Positions 21,483 to 31,485 of a stretch of 64,000 bases of DNA are shown here, in pieces. This DNA is from an uncultured delta proteobacterium (GTDB taxonomy: Bacteria; Desulfobacterota; Desulfomonilia; UBA1062), in NCBI GenBank assembly GCA_963798485.1, contig CAWCTR010000008.1, positions 64,001 to 128,000 of the forward strand, given 5' to 3'. Below the pieces are notes generated by a model. That model was given only the letters and a program-made list of their open reading frames with translations, did no database searches and was not told the DNA's origin. Both the position numbers and the translations under genes were made by a program. Within the stretch, counting starts at the first letter, position 1, and each line of letters starts with the position of its first letter.

Positions 21483-23456
21483 ATGATGAAACATTCTCAA
21501 AGAGAAAGAAATCTCACCACGAAGAACACAAAGGGAAAAGAATCACTTTGGTTTGGGAAACAAGTTCCTCCCTTTTGTAAAGGGAGGACAGGAGGGATTT
21601 TACGCCCATGCACTAAAATCTCCCCTGTCCCCTCCTTAAAAAGGAGGGGAACCTTATACCCTGCTTTTCTTCGTGCCCTTCGTGGTAAAAATATTATTGT
21701 GGCAGGCCTAGCCCTCGTTCTCTGTCTGACATTTTTAATCGATCATCCTGCTCAAGCACAGGACAATACTAAGGAAAAGTCGGGGTGGATGGAATGGGGG
21801 ACCAAATACTGTCCCGACAAGCCGGTCAGGGGCGGGTATGTCCGCGCTGCAGCGCCTCTGTACATCGGGTCCATGAATCCCAACCATTTCCCGGTCATGG
21901 ACTGGATAACCATGAGCACCATGTACGAGAAACTCATCAACCTGGACGGCAGCTACAAACCGACAATACCCTGGTTGGCCGAGTCCTGGGAGTATCTTGA
22001 CGATGTCACCGTGGTCATGAAGCTGAGAAAGGGCGTCATGTTCCATGACGGCTCGCCCTTCAATGCCAAGAGCCTGAAGTATCAGATGGACTGGATAATG
22101 GATAAGGACAACGCAGCATGGACCAGGGCCTGGATCGAGCCGCTGAAATCCGTAGACGTGATGGATGAGTACACGGTGAAATGGCATTTCAAAAGGTCAT
22201 GGGGTGCTTTTCTCGGTACCATGGCAAGTGTACCCGGATTTGCTGTTTCAGCAAAAGCGCTGGAACGTGATGCCGCCATGACAAAGACAAAAAAGATCGA
22301 ACGTGAACTCGTAACAGCAAGACGGAAGGCTGCCAATGAAAATGATGCCTGGAAGGCTGCAGAGGCAAAAAAGAGAGTGGCTGACCTGGAAGCACAGCTG
22401 AAAAGTTTCTCCGCGATTGCTCAAAATGCAAAGCCCCTCGACACCAACCCGGTGGGCACCGGACCGTATATGCTGGAGGCAGCAAGCACGGATAACTATG
22501 TAACGCTGAAAAGAAACCCGAACTGGTGGTTCGGCAGGAGCATCGGCATGCCGGACATGCCGTACTTCGACGGGATGAAGATATCCGTCATTCCCGACCC
22601 GTCCGTAAGGCTTGCAAATCTCAAGGCCGGCACAATCGACTTCATCGTGCTGAACGCCAACCAGTACAAACTGGTAAAAGACGATCCGAACTTTGATGTA
22701 GCCACCTTTCCCGTGAACTGGCTGGTATTTCTGACCTTCAACAATGCAAAGGGGCCTTGCGCGGATATCCGTGTCCGCCAGGCAATCTCCCACGCAATCG
22801 ATAGGAAAGCGCTGGTCATGGGAACCCAGTTCGGCCTCGGCAGAGTCTCCAGCTGCATATATCCGAACGATCACTGGGCCCACAATCCTGACTTGAAGCC
22901 CGTCAGCTACGATCCTGAATTATCCAGGAAGCTCCTTGCTCAAGCCGGTTATGGCGGTGGCCTCACCATAAAAGGGTTCACCCTCAATTCACCCGAGGCC
23001 CAGGCCTTCGCAAAGGCAGTGATGGCCATGCTCGAAAAGGTCGACATCACGTGGAAGCCGGTATTTCTGGGCGTTACCGGCATGATGGAGCCGTTTAAGA
23101 AAATGGATTTCGATATGATCGGGAACCTGTATCCCTGGATACAGGAACCGGATCATGTAGCCACCCTTCTCTATGACCCGGACAGCCCGTTCAACAATGG
23201 CCGGAGCCGTAATACAAAGGCCATTGCACTGATAAAGGCAGGGAGAGAAACAACCGACGTTGCAAAAAGGGCAAAGATCTACCACCAGCTGGAAAAGGTG
23301 CTCTACGACAACTACGAGGACGCCTGGCTCTGGTGGCCCAATGCAGTCCTGGCTTCCAGCAGGAATGTACGGGGATTCAACCTTGACATGAATATTAAAT
23401 ACGGGGAAGGGTACTATTTCTCACATCCGCAATGGTTCAGAGATGGGCATCCTTGA
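21483..23456 (+). CDS. family-5 ABC solute-binding protein with N-terminal repeat insertion and internal helical insertion
   Basis: GAGGAGG RBS before ATG 21483; PWLAESWE, LRKGVMFHDG, NPVGTGPY, VRQAISHAIDR. Confidence 0.88.
   Translation: MMKHSQRERNLTTKNTKGKESLWFGKQVPPFCKGRTGGILRPCTKISPVPSLKRRGTLYPAFLRALRGKNIIVAGLALVLCLTFLIDHPAQAQDNTKEKSGWMEWGTKYCPDKPVRGGYVRAAAPLYIGSMNPNHFPVMDWITMSTMYEKLINLDGSYKPTIPWLAESWEYLDDVTVVMKLRKGVMFHDGSPFNAKSLKYQMDWIMDKDNAAWTRAWIEPLKSVDVMDEYTVKWHFKRSWGAFLGTMASVPGFAVSAKALERDAAMTKTKKIERELVTARRKAANENDAWKAAEAKKRVADLEAQLKSFSAIAQNAKPLDTNPVGTGPYMLEAASTDNYVTLKRNPNWWFGRSIGMPDMPYFDGMKISVIPDPSVRLANLKAGTIDFIVLNANQYKLVKDDPNFDVATFPVNWLVFLTFNNAKGPCADIRVRQAISHAIDRKALVMGTQFGLGRVSSCIYPNDHWAHNPDLKPVSYDPELSRKLLAQAGYGGGLTIKGFTLNSPEAQAFAKAVMAMLEKVDITWKPVFLGVTGMMEPFKKMDFDMIGNLYPWIQEPDHVATLLYDPDSPFNNGRSRNTKAIALIKAGRETTDVAKRAKIYHQLEKVLYDNYEDAWLWWPNAVLASSRNVRGFNLDMNIKYGEGYYFSHPQWFRDGHP
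21516..21686. repeat. nested REP/MITE-like palindromic elements inside coding sequence
   Basis: Outer IR ACCACGAAGAACACAAAG...CTTCGTGCCCTTCGTGGT (15/18 match); inner IR 21564-21652 whose arms are each hairpins. Confidence 0.75.
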
Positions 23457-23490
23457 GTATAAAGTCCGACACAATACGAGGTATGATAAA

Positions 23491-24790
23491 ATGGAAACAT
23501 TTCAGGAGCGCATTGCGTATTTGGATAACATAAGAAATATTCTAGTATATAATGTCGTTCTTGTTCATATCATCTTAATGTTCGCCTATCCTTTGAGTTT
23601 CTGGTGGTCGGTTATCGATAAAAATGGGTCATCCAGTGTCTATAAAAATCATCTCGTTATAATGGATATTTACTTGATGCCTCATCTTATGTTCATTGCC
23701 GCACTTTTTATATTCCCTTCCCTGAATGCTACATCTACAATAATTTATATTAAAAAAAGATTTTTTAGAATCTTTGTACCGATAATTGTATTTACTTTTT
23801 GCGCAGGAGATATTTTTTATCAAATCCTATTTAAACGATTAGACAACTCCAATCCAACCTATATCCTTACATTCCTTGATTACTGGCGTGACTTTATAAA
23901 TTTTTAAAGTAATTACTTTTATCGGGGAAGGTAAAATGTTGAACCAGATTAGTTTTAATATGTCTCATGCCTGGTTTTTATCATTTCTTTTTTTCATGAC
24001 ATTAGTAGCCGTCTTATTGACTATACCCTTCAAGAAAAAAGAAAAAGTGCAGAGTGAAGTTGAAAGCAGGAAAAAAATAATAATTAAAACAATTATCCTG
24101 GCCGTGATACTCGGCTTTTTCTATGCAGTGCTCGCAATATTGTTTTCTGTTAAGGGTATTCGTTTTGATTCATGGATACGGGTATTCGGATTGGTTCAGG
24201 TTCGGCTTAATCAATTCTTTATACTTCTACCCTTGTTTCTACTTGGTTTATTTATGTACAGGAAGGATTGGCTGACCAGAGGAGATATCGGGAGCTGGAA
24301 AATGTGGGGCATGATATCAGCAGTTTTGATTTTTGTTTATGTCTTGCTTTTCCATAACAGACTTTCCCCCACTTTGGACGAATTATATAAGATTGCTGAA
24401 CATAATATGATTTACTCGGATAAAATACCATTCCCGGTAATTACAGATTCTTTTAAACAGACCGGTTTGATTATTTATATTCTGACTGTGCCGATATGTA
24501 TATTTCTTTTAATGTTTTTTCTTTCTTTTACTAAGAAATATTTTAACAAACACAATAAAATAACGGAATTTTGTTCAAAGCATTCCATCAATGTATATCC
24601 TCATCCACTGATTGCTCTATCATTTTTTGTAATACTAAAACTGGTCTCGCTATTTATAGGCTTTGACTTTTATTATATAGCTCTTTTGACCGTGATTTTT
24701 ATTTCTTTTGCAGGCGCCATCTATGAATCTGTAAGGTTACTGGTATCTGGAAAAGCCAGCGGACAGAAATTTATAAGTTCGCAGTTATAA
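23491..24790 (+). pseudogene. acyltransferase-3 (OpgC/MdoC-like) membrane protein, frameshifted
   Basis: RIAYLDNIR, IKKRFFRIFVP, HAWFLSFLF; removing one T from the T5 run at 23901-23905 joins both ORFs; visibly AT-rich. Confidence 0.75.
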
Positions 24791-24985
24791 CATCATAGCA
24801 GATTTGATTACAAGTCAGTTTTATAATAGCTTTATTTTTAGTTCAGCAGATGTGAAGATGTATGTACCACATGACAAAGGGAATAAATAATAATATAGAT
24901 TAGCAACTAGGGGCGGTTTTATTGGTAGTGAATGACAATCAACTGAATCGCCCCCCTATCTGGTTAAGAAAGGAGAAGAAAACAG

Positions 24986-25270
24986 ATGTCAACATTCATT
25001 TTATTCGGAAGGTATTCACCCGAGGCATTAAAAGGGGTAAGTTCAGCTCGAACCAAGAAGGCATTGACCCTGGTTAAAAAATTCAATGGCAAGATCCTTT
25101 CCATGTATGCCCTGCTTGGAGAAAAGGACCTCATGTTCATTGCAGATTTTCCCGGAATTGAAGAGGTCATGCAGGCATCGGTTGCCTTGCACAAACTTAC
25201 AGGCATCTCATTTTCCACATCAGCTGCTGTTTCAGTCGATAAGTTCGACAAACTGATGGCAGAGATCTGA
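24986..25270 (+). CDS. GYD-domain protein
   Basis: 94 aa with MYALLGEKDLMFIADFP GYD-like pattern; AAGGAG RBS. Confidence 0.75.
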   Translation: MSTFILFGRYSPEALKGVSSARTKKALTLVKKFNGKILSMYALLGEKDLMFIADFPGIEEVMQASVALHKLTGISFSTSAAVSVDKFDKLMAEI

Positions 25271-25326
25271 TCAAGGCCAGTTAAACAATAACTGGATAGA
25301 TCCATAAAAACTGAAGGGGTGGATCT

Positions 25327-25398
25327 GGGGTCAGGTCTTGCTTTTTGCTTTTCATAAACCGTGCATGTCCCTATAAGCAAAAAACAATACCAGACCCC
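25327..25398. repeat. REP-like inverted repeat (GGGGTCAGGTCTTG type)
   Basis: 24-bp arms GGGGTCAGGTCTTGCTTTTTGCTT / AAGCAAAAAACAATACCAGACCCC, 21/24 complementary. Confidence 0.65.
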
Positions 25399-25529
25399 GC
25401 GCTTTCCTTATCTCCGCTCCAGCGGAGATTAACAGAAAATCGACCCTATTTGCCTCGTGTAGGCATAGACGCCAGAGGTGCCAATCAAGGTCTTGATGGA
25501 GCTGAGGGGCGCAGAATATTATCTATCTT

Positions 25530-25557
25530 CCTGGGCAAGCCTTCGGCTTTGCCCAGG
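25530..25557. terminator. GC-rich hairpin between convergent genes
   Basis: CCTGGGCAAGCC-TTC-GGCTTTGCCCAGG; no clear U tract. Confidence 0.4.
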
Positions 25558-25654
25558 CCACCCAGAAACCAGTCTGTCATTTATTTAGGCCACCCGCCCA
25601 TGCTTGTAAGGCACGGCATGGCGCAGCTCTACTCCCATCAGGCACAGGCTAAGG

Positions 25655-26623
25655 TCAATTGACCAAGCTCTCCGGTATCTGACCCTGCATTACCTTAACA
25701 ATATTGGAGATGGTCATGGTGATGATGCGCCCCTGGGCCTCCTGGGAGACGCCCGCGACATGCGGGGATAGGATGACATTGTCCGCGGCTGTCGCGAGCA
25801 GCGGATTCGTCTGATCGATGGGTTCTGCGCTGAAGACATCGAGGGCCGCTCCGCCGAGTTTCCCGCCCCGCAACGCCTCGGCCAGGGCCGGCTCATCGAT
25901 GACCTCGCCGCGGGCCACGTTGATGACCACGGCCCTGGGTTTCATGAGGGCGATATTGTCCCGGCTGATGAGGCCCGTCGTCTCCTTTGTCAGCGGACAA
26001 TGCAGGCTGAGCACGTCGGCGCTTCTGAGCACGTCTTCCAATCCGGCAAAGATTACCTGGTAGCGTTTTTCTTCCGCGGCCTCTATCCGGAAGGGATCGA
26101 AATAGATCATCCGGGGGCCGAAGGGGATCAACCGCTCGGCCACGGCCTTGCCGATCCGTCCGAATCCCACGAATCCCCATGTCTTGCCGAAGAGCTCGAC
26201 CGGCCGCACTTCCATTTGCCGCCATTCACCCGAGGCCGTCGTACGGGCGGCGTAGAAGATGTTCTTGAGAAGACACAGGGCGGTCATGACGGTGTGCTCG
26301 GCCACGGCGATGGTATTGGCCCCGGCGGTGTTGGCGACCTTGATGCCGAACTCCGTGCAGGCGGCGACGTCGATGTGCTGATAGCCCACGCTCGGCTGTT
26401 GGATGAGCTTCACCCGCCGGGCGGCCTGTGCTACCTCGCGCGTGATCCGGCGCTGGAAGGTGTAATCGCCGATGATATACCCGGCGTCCTTGACGGCCTC
26501 AACGATCTGCTCAGGGTTGAATCCGCTCCCATCGACTACCTCGAGCCCCTCCACTCCTTGCATCTTGAACAATTCATTGATGATTACGGCCGGCAGCGGC
26601 GCCAGGGAAACAATCTTCTCCAT
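25655..26623 (-). CDS. D-isomer-specific 2-hydroxyacid dehydrogenase
   Basis: GFGRIG, LHCPLT, INVARG, LDVFSAEP, SPHVAG; ATG 26623 behind GGAGG. Confidence 0.9.
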   Translation of the reverse strand: MEKIVSLAPLPAVIINELFKMQGVEGLEVVDGSGFNPEQIVEAVKDAGYIIGDYTFQRRITREVAQAARRVKLIQQPSVGYQHIDVAACTEFGIKVANTAGANTIAVAEHTVMTALCLLKNIFYAARTTASGEWRQMEVRPVELFGKTWGFVGFGRIGKAVAERLIPFGPRMIYFDPFRIEAAEEKRYQVIFAGLEDVLRSADVLSLHCPLTKETTGLISRDNIALMKPRAVVINVARGEVIDEPALAEALRGGKLGGAALDVFSAEPIDQTNPLLATAADNVILSPHVAGVSQEAQGRIITMTISNIVKVMQGQIPESLVN

Positions 26624-26744
26624 ACCCTTGCCTCCTTTCCCGATTTCACTCACCTCACGAGGGGAAATGTAATGAAAGCGCATACCCCCCCAACACCGAA
26701 GGTCTCACCCCTCGTGAGGCCAAGGGGGGATTCAGCTTCTTTTC

Positions 26745-27666
26745 CTATTCCAGGACAGCGCCGCGGGCGGCAGAGCCGACCATTTTAATATAGCGGCGCA
26801 TATACCCCGGCGGGATCTCACGCAGAACCGGTTTCCAGGCCGCCAGACGCCTCTTGATCTCCTCGTCGCTGAGGTTGACGGTGAGTGCGCGGGCCGGGAT
26901 ATCGATGGTGATCATGTCGCCGTCGCGGATGACGGCGATCGGTCCGCCGCAGTCCGCCTCCGGCGAGACGTGGCCGATGCACGGTCCGGCCGTGGCCCCG
27001 GAGAAACGCCCATCCGTAATGAGGGCCACGCGGGTAAAGCCCGCCAGGTCGAGGCCCATGGTCACGGCCAAGGTTTCGGGCATGCCGGGGCCGCCCTCGG
27101 GGAGCGGATGACAGAAGGCCCATGGGCCTTGTCCGGGATGACGCGCCTCGGCGTATCTTGACCACGGCCTGCTCCACGATCTCGCGCACCGTCAGGCCTG
27201 AGACCGTCATGGGACCCGGGTGCAGGTCGTCGGCGAGCATCTTCATGACGGCAGGTATGCCGCCGGCCACGAAGAGGTCGATGATCCCGTGCGGACCGTT
27301 GGGGGAGATCCCGCACAAGGTGGGGATAATGCGGTTGAAATCATTGATATCGGCGATGAGATCGCGCTGCGCCGGAACGAAGTGCATCCCCGGGTGGCCT
27401 TCGGTCATTCCGTCGCAGGGGGCGGGGACGTTGAACTCAAAAGGCAGTCCCCCGGCTGCGTGTACCCCTTCCTTGACCCGCTGGGCAATGGGCCCGAGGT
27501 GCATGTGACCGGGGTTGATCTCAGTCAGCGAGTTCGCGATGCCGATGATCGGTTTGGCGCGGCCCTCGTCCAGGTCGACGCCCGTGCCTTGAAAGATCGA
27601 CTTCCGTACGATGCTGATGGGAAAATCGCTATCGTCGAAGATAGGTGTACTCTGCGGTTTCTTCAT
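26745..27666 (-). pseudogene. ilvD: dihydroxy-acid dehydratase (IlvD/Edd family) relic with internal deletions
   Basis: PGHMHL and CDG N-terminal motifs, GGIPAVMK middle piece, C-terminal TDGRFSGAT...GHVSPEA in another frame; ~920 bp versus ~1.7 kb for an intact gene. Confidence 0.85.
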
Positions 27667-27971
27667 GTACCTCCTTCTATGTTCATGCCTGCGGTACAAG
27701 CTTACCATACTAGAAATAGCATGACGTTGGAAGACCTACCCCATTATCTCGCTCGTCATGACAAATCAATTTTTGATGATGCAATAGAACACTATGATGC
27801 CATCGGCCTGGCAGGTAACACGAACCCTGATCTTGCAGAGCCTTCCTGGATGCCGGCCTGGAACAGGGAGAAATACCCCGATAGTCACCCGTTGTCTGTC
27901 CAGGAGGCGCATGTTATATAACCGCCAGGTGAGGATATGTTTGTAGTTGTTCTTACAAAGGAGGTTCCTGA

Positions 27972-30560
27972 ATGAAAAAGACAGCCGTTGGCGTCGCCAT
28001 CTTCATCGGGGTGGTCATCCTCATTCTTGCAATAGTGCCCTTTGCCATAGATCTGAACAAGCACAAGGGCACAATCCTTACACAGATTAAAACCTATACG
28101 AACAGGCAGGTGGATTTTCAGAGTATCAGGCTCACGATCCTGACAGGCCTGGGCGCCGAGATCAAAGGCCTTCGCATTTCCGATGACCCTGCATTCTCTC
28201 ATGAAGATTTTGTTTCTCTCAATGCGGCAAAGGTTAAGGTTGCACTTCTCCCCCTGTTAAGCAGACAGATCAAGATCAAGACCGTTGTTCTCAAGGAGCC
28301 GCAGGTTCATATTGTGAAGAATGCCTCGGGTGTATTCAACTTCACGACCCTGCTCATACCAAAGCCCGGGGAGGAAGCAAAAAAAGAGACCTCGAAATCA
28401 AGGGCAAAACCCGGGGCTTTTGCTGCGCTGCTGGTGAGCAATGTAGTGATCAAGCATGGGCTCATCACCTATAGCGATGACACGCTCAAGAACAGGGCCA
28501 AACCCTTTACCATCAGCAACATCGACCTTGAATCCCAGGATATCTCCACGCTCAGGCCCGTCTCCTTTTCTCTGTCTGCTTCGGTCATGAACCCTAACGG
28601 CCAGAACTTGGCCCTGGCTGGCGCCATCGGTCCTGTCCCCCGGGAGGGGGGTCTTTCTCAGACCCCGATAGACGTGCATCTCCTCCTTGATGCCCTGCCG
28701 CTCAATACCTTGCCCGTGAATATGCCCATTCAGGCAGGCACCATGAAGATAGACATCACGGCAAAGGGGATATTGAAGGACAAGGTTACATCCAAGGCCG
28801 TTATGGATGTTGCCGGCCTTGTGCTCGGAAGTCCGGCCGGGACACGGCAGGTAAAGGATCAGAAAGGCATATCGTGCAGGTTTTCCAGCGGCCTGGCCCT
28901 TGAGATTGAAAGGCAGCAGCTTGTGATCGATAACGGGACATTCGATATCGGCCAGGACCATGGCAATTTCGAGGGCTCGGTGCAAAATCTCAAGACAATC
29001 CCGACCTGGAATATAACGCTTAAGTCCAGCTGTATAACCCCAGGGCCCATCCTTGCTCAGCTACCCATGTTTGCCGGGATTATACCGGGGAAGATCATGC
29101 TTACAGGCCCTGCCGGTCTCAGTGTCACTTCAACAGGCAATAAAGAGGCCTTTCAGGTTGACACGGCAATAGAGATGAGTCCCATGGCCATAACCTTCGG
29201 GAAGATCTTCGATAAACCGGTAAACAGCCCCATGGGCCTTTCAAGCCGGATGATAATGAAGAAGGACGTCACGGAGATTAGCTCCCTTGATATCAATCTG
29301 GGTGCCATCACCGCCTCGGGCACGGGTGAGGTAAGAAAGGTCCAGGACAAATCAAGCTACCAGATCAGAATCCAGACAAACCCGGCTCCGCTTGAGACCG
29401 CACAGGCCCTCATCCCCATGCTCAAGGATTTCAAGCCCACAGGAAATATCGTGTTGAAGACAGCCATCAACGGCGGGGCAGGGGCCATGACCGTGAATGT
29501 GGCAGCACTCTCTGAGCACATGGGCCTCGTTCTGACCAAGCCGGCGGTTGAAGATCAGGCCGAGGGAAAGTTCATTGCCGGACCGGTCACGGCGAGTCTG
29601 AATGGGGTAACCCTTTCAATGGAAGCCCTGAAAAAGGAAAAGGGCATGGGCATGAATGGAACCATCAAGTCGCGCCAGGGAACAATTAAGGATCTGCCGT
29701 TCACAAGCCTCACCAGTACATTCACCTATGCCGACGATCAGTTTAAGGTTAAGTCCTTTGACATTGAGGCCCTGAAGGGGTCCATCAAGGGTGCGGTTTC
29801 CTACGACCTCAAGACCAAGGCATGGGCGGCATCCCCCACCTTTAACAATGTCCAGGCAGGCAACGTTCTGGATACAATGACAAGCTTCAAGGGTGTCTTC
29901 GCAGGAATACTCACAGGCGATGTCAAGGCGCAGGGAGTGGCCGGCGCTCCTGCGTTGAACAACCTGGGCGCCCAGGTGAATCTCCGCATCAATAAGGGCG
30001 AATGGAAGAACTTCGACCTTGAGGGAAAGGTTCTGGGCACCCTGGTGGGTGTTCCAGGCCTGTCCGAGGCCTTCGGGATGGCCCCGTCCGAGATTAAGAA
30101 ATATCAGACTACCCGTTTTGAGACAATGAACGCGCAGGTCGATCTTGCCCACAAGGTGATCAAGGTGAATTCCATGCAGCTTTTGAATATTTCGAGCGGC
30201 AAGGATCTGGATATAGAGTCCGACTTGAAGGGCACCATCAGCATGGAGACCAACAAGCTCGATCTCAACGGCCAAGTGATACTGCCCAAGAGGTTCTCCC
30301 AGCGCATGGGCGCCAGGGCCGATGCCTTCTCAACGCTTATGAACGAACAGAAGAGGCTCGTGCTGCCCATGACGATAACCGGCTCTCTCAAGAAACCCAT
30401 ACCCATGGTTGACGCGAGATCGTTAAGAAGCGCAATGACCCGGTACTATGCAACCAAGGCCCTCAAGAAGCTCCAGGACAAGGTCGGGCTTCCGCAAGGC
30501 AACGAGGATACGATGAAGAACATTCAAAACACGCTGGAAGGTCTGTTCAAGAAGAAATAG
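27972..30560 (+). CDS. AsmA-family protein
   Basis: N-terminal TM anchor, VKVALLPLL and FNF AsmA-like motifs, beta-rich body, C-terminal LPMTITGSLKKP. Confidence 0.85.
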   Translation: MKKTAVGVAIFIGVVILILAIVPFAIDLNKHKGTILTQIKTYTNRQVDFQSIRLTILTGLGAEIKGLRISDDPAFSHEDFVSLNAAKVKVALLPLLSRQIKIKTVVLKEPQVHIVKNASGVFNFTTLLIPKPGEEAKKETSKSRAKPGAFAALLVSNVVIKHGLITYSDDTLKNRAKPFTISNIDLESQDISTLRPVSFSLSASVMNPNGQNLALAGAIGPVPREGGLSQTPIDVHLLLDALPLNTLPVNMPIQAGTMKIDITAKGILKDKVTSKAVMDVAGLVLGSPAGTRQVKDQKGISCRFSSGLALEIERQQLVIDNGTFDIGQDHGNFEGSVQNLKTIPTWNITLKSSCITPGPILAQLPMFAGIIPGKIMLTGPAGLSVTSTGNKEAFQVDTAIEMSPMAITFGKIFDKPVNSPMGLSSRMIMKKDVTEISSLDINLGAITASGTGEVRKVQDKSSYQIRIQTNPAPLETAQALIPMLKDFKPTGNIVLKTAINGGAGAMTVNVAALSEHMGLVLTKPAVEDQAEGKFIAGPVTASLNGVTLSMEALKKEKGMGMNGTIKSRQGTIKDLPFTSLTSTFTYADDQFKVKSFDIEALKGSIKGAVSYDLKTKAWAASPTFNNVQAGNVLDTMTSFKGVFAGILTGDVKAQGVAGAPALNNLGAQVNLRINKGEWKNFDLEGKVLGTLVGVPGLSEAFGMAPSEIKKYQTTRFETMNAQVDLAHKVIKVNSMQLLNISSGKDLDIESDLKGTISMETNKLDLNGQVILPKRFSQRMGARADAFSTLMNEQKRLVLPMTITGSLKKPIPMVDARSLRSAMTRYYATKALKKLQDKVGLPQGNEDTMKNIQNTLEGLFKKK

Positions 30561-30630
30561 GAGAGGCTGCCGGGGTGAAGGCCTGTTCGGCCGTTGTTAC
30601 CGTGAGATTTTCTATGGCTGATAGCCGGGT

Positions 30631-31485
30631 TCATACCGCACACTTGAAGGCCCTGCCGGGGATCAGGCCCATGGTGAGCGGACGAACGGGGAGCTTGTCC
30701 TTCTCAAGGCCCGATGCTACTTCATGCAACGGGCAGATCCGGTAACCGAGCGAGACGGCCAGGGTCAGCATCTCCTTGAATTGGCCCTGGTATACCAGGC
30801 CCTCCACCTCTGCATGAACGGGCAGTACCTGGGGCACCTGGATATCAGAGCGGTCTTTGATGGCTGCCATGACGCCGTCTACGCCCACTTCCTCAATGCA
30901 CGGCATATTCGAGGGGACCTCGATCATGGAGTTATCCTCAAAGACGAACGGGGCTTGGGCCCTGGTGCAGCTCAGATACGAGAGTTTATAGGTTTCAACG
31001 ACCTCGAGCGAGCGTTCATCAATCATCCAGCCGGGCGCGCCGAAGGCCTTCGGCTGTGTACCTGTAATCTGGACATAGGCCCCTACCATCTTGGCAAACC
31101 ATGCCTCTATGGAGTTTCTGCTCATGAGAAAGAGCCAGTCCTGCCAGAGGCGGTGGTCCCAGGCGTGGCAGGCTACCTCGTGTCCGGCCTTTATGAGGCC
31201 TTGGATTATGTCCGGAAAATCCATGCCGATCATGGGCGCTCTCAGCAGGGTGCCGTATAGGGCCGTCTTCCACCCGTAGAGGCCGGGTGCGTTGGTGCGG
31301 ATCATCTTTTTTAAAAACGAAGGCCGCAGGAGCTGCAGCACGGCCAGGCCCGACCTGTCCGGGCCGAAGCTGATGAAGAAGCTCGCTTTCAGACCGTACG
31401 CTGAGAGGATTCCGGCGATAGCCGGAACACCCTCCTTCATGCCGCGGAAGGTGTCAACGTCAACCTTGAGGGCCAGATCAGGCAT
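30631..31485 (-). CDS. arnD: undecaprenyl-P-Ara4FN deformylase
   Basis: LALKVDVDT, FGPDRSG, HAWDH, HAEVEG; arn context. Confidence 0.85.
   Translation of the reverse strand: MPDLALKVDVDTFRGMKEGVPAIAGILSAYGLKASFFISFGPDRSGLAVLQLLRPSFLKKMIRTNAPGLYGWKTALYGTLLRAPMIGMDFPDIIQGLIKAGHEVACHAWDHRLWQDWLFLMSRNSIEAWFAKMVGAYVQITGTQPKAFGAPGWMIDERSLEVVETYKLSYLSCTRAQAPFVFEDNSMIEVPSNMPCIEEVGVDGVMAAIKDRSDIQVPQVLPVHAEVEGLVYQGQFKEMLTLAVSLGYRICPLHEVASGLEKDKLPVRPLTMGLIPGRAFKCAV

Noticed and set aside
24908-24958. Imperfect TAGGGGCGG...CGCCCCCCTA palindrome
   Set aside because: Too degenerate to separate a REP remnant from a terminator.
26653-26719. Inverted repeat CCTCACGAGGGG/CCCCTCGTGAGG upstream of the dehydrogenase as a riboswitch
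   Set aside because: No recognisable aptamer consensus; could be a simple hairpin. An Rfam search would be needed.
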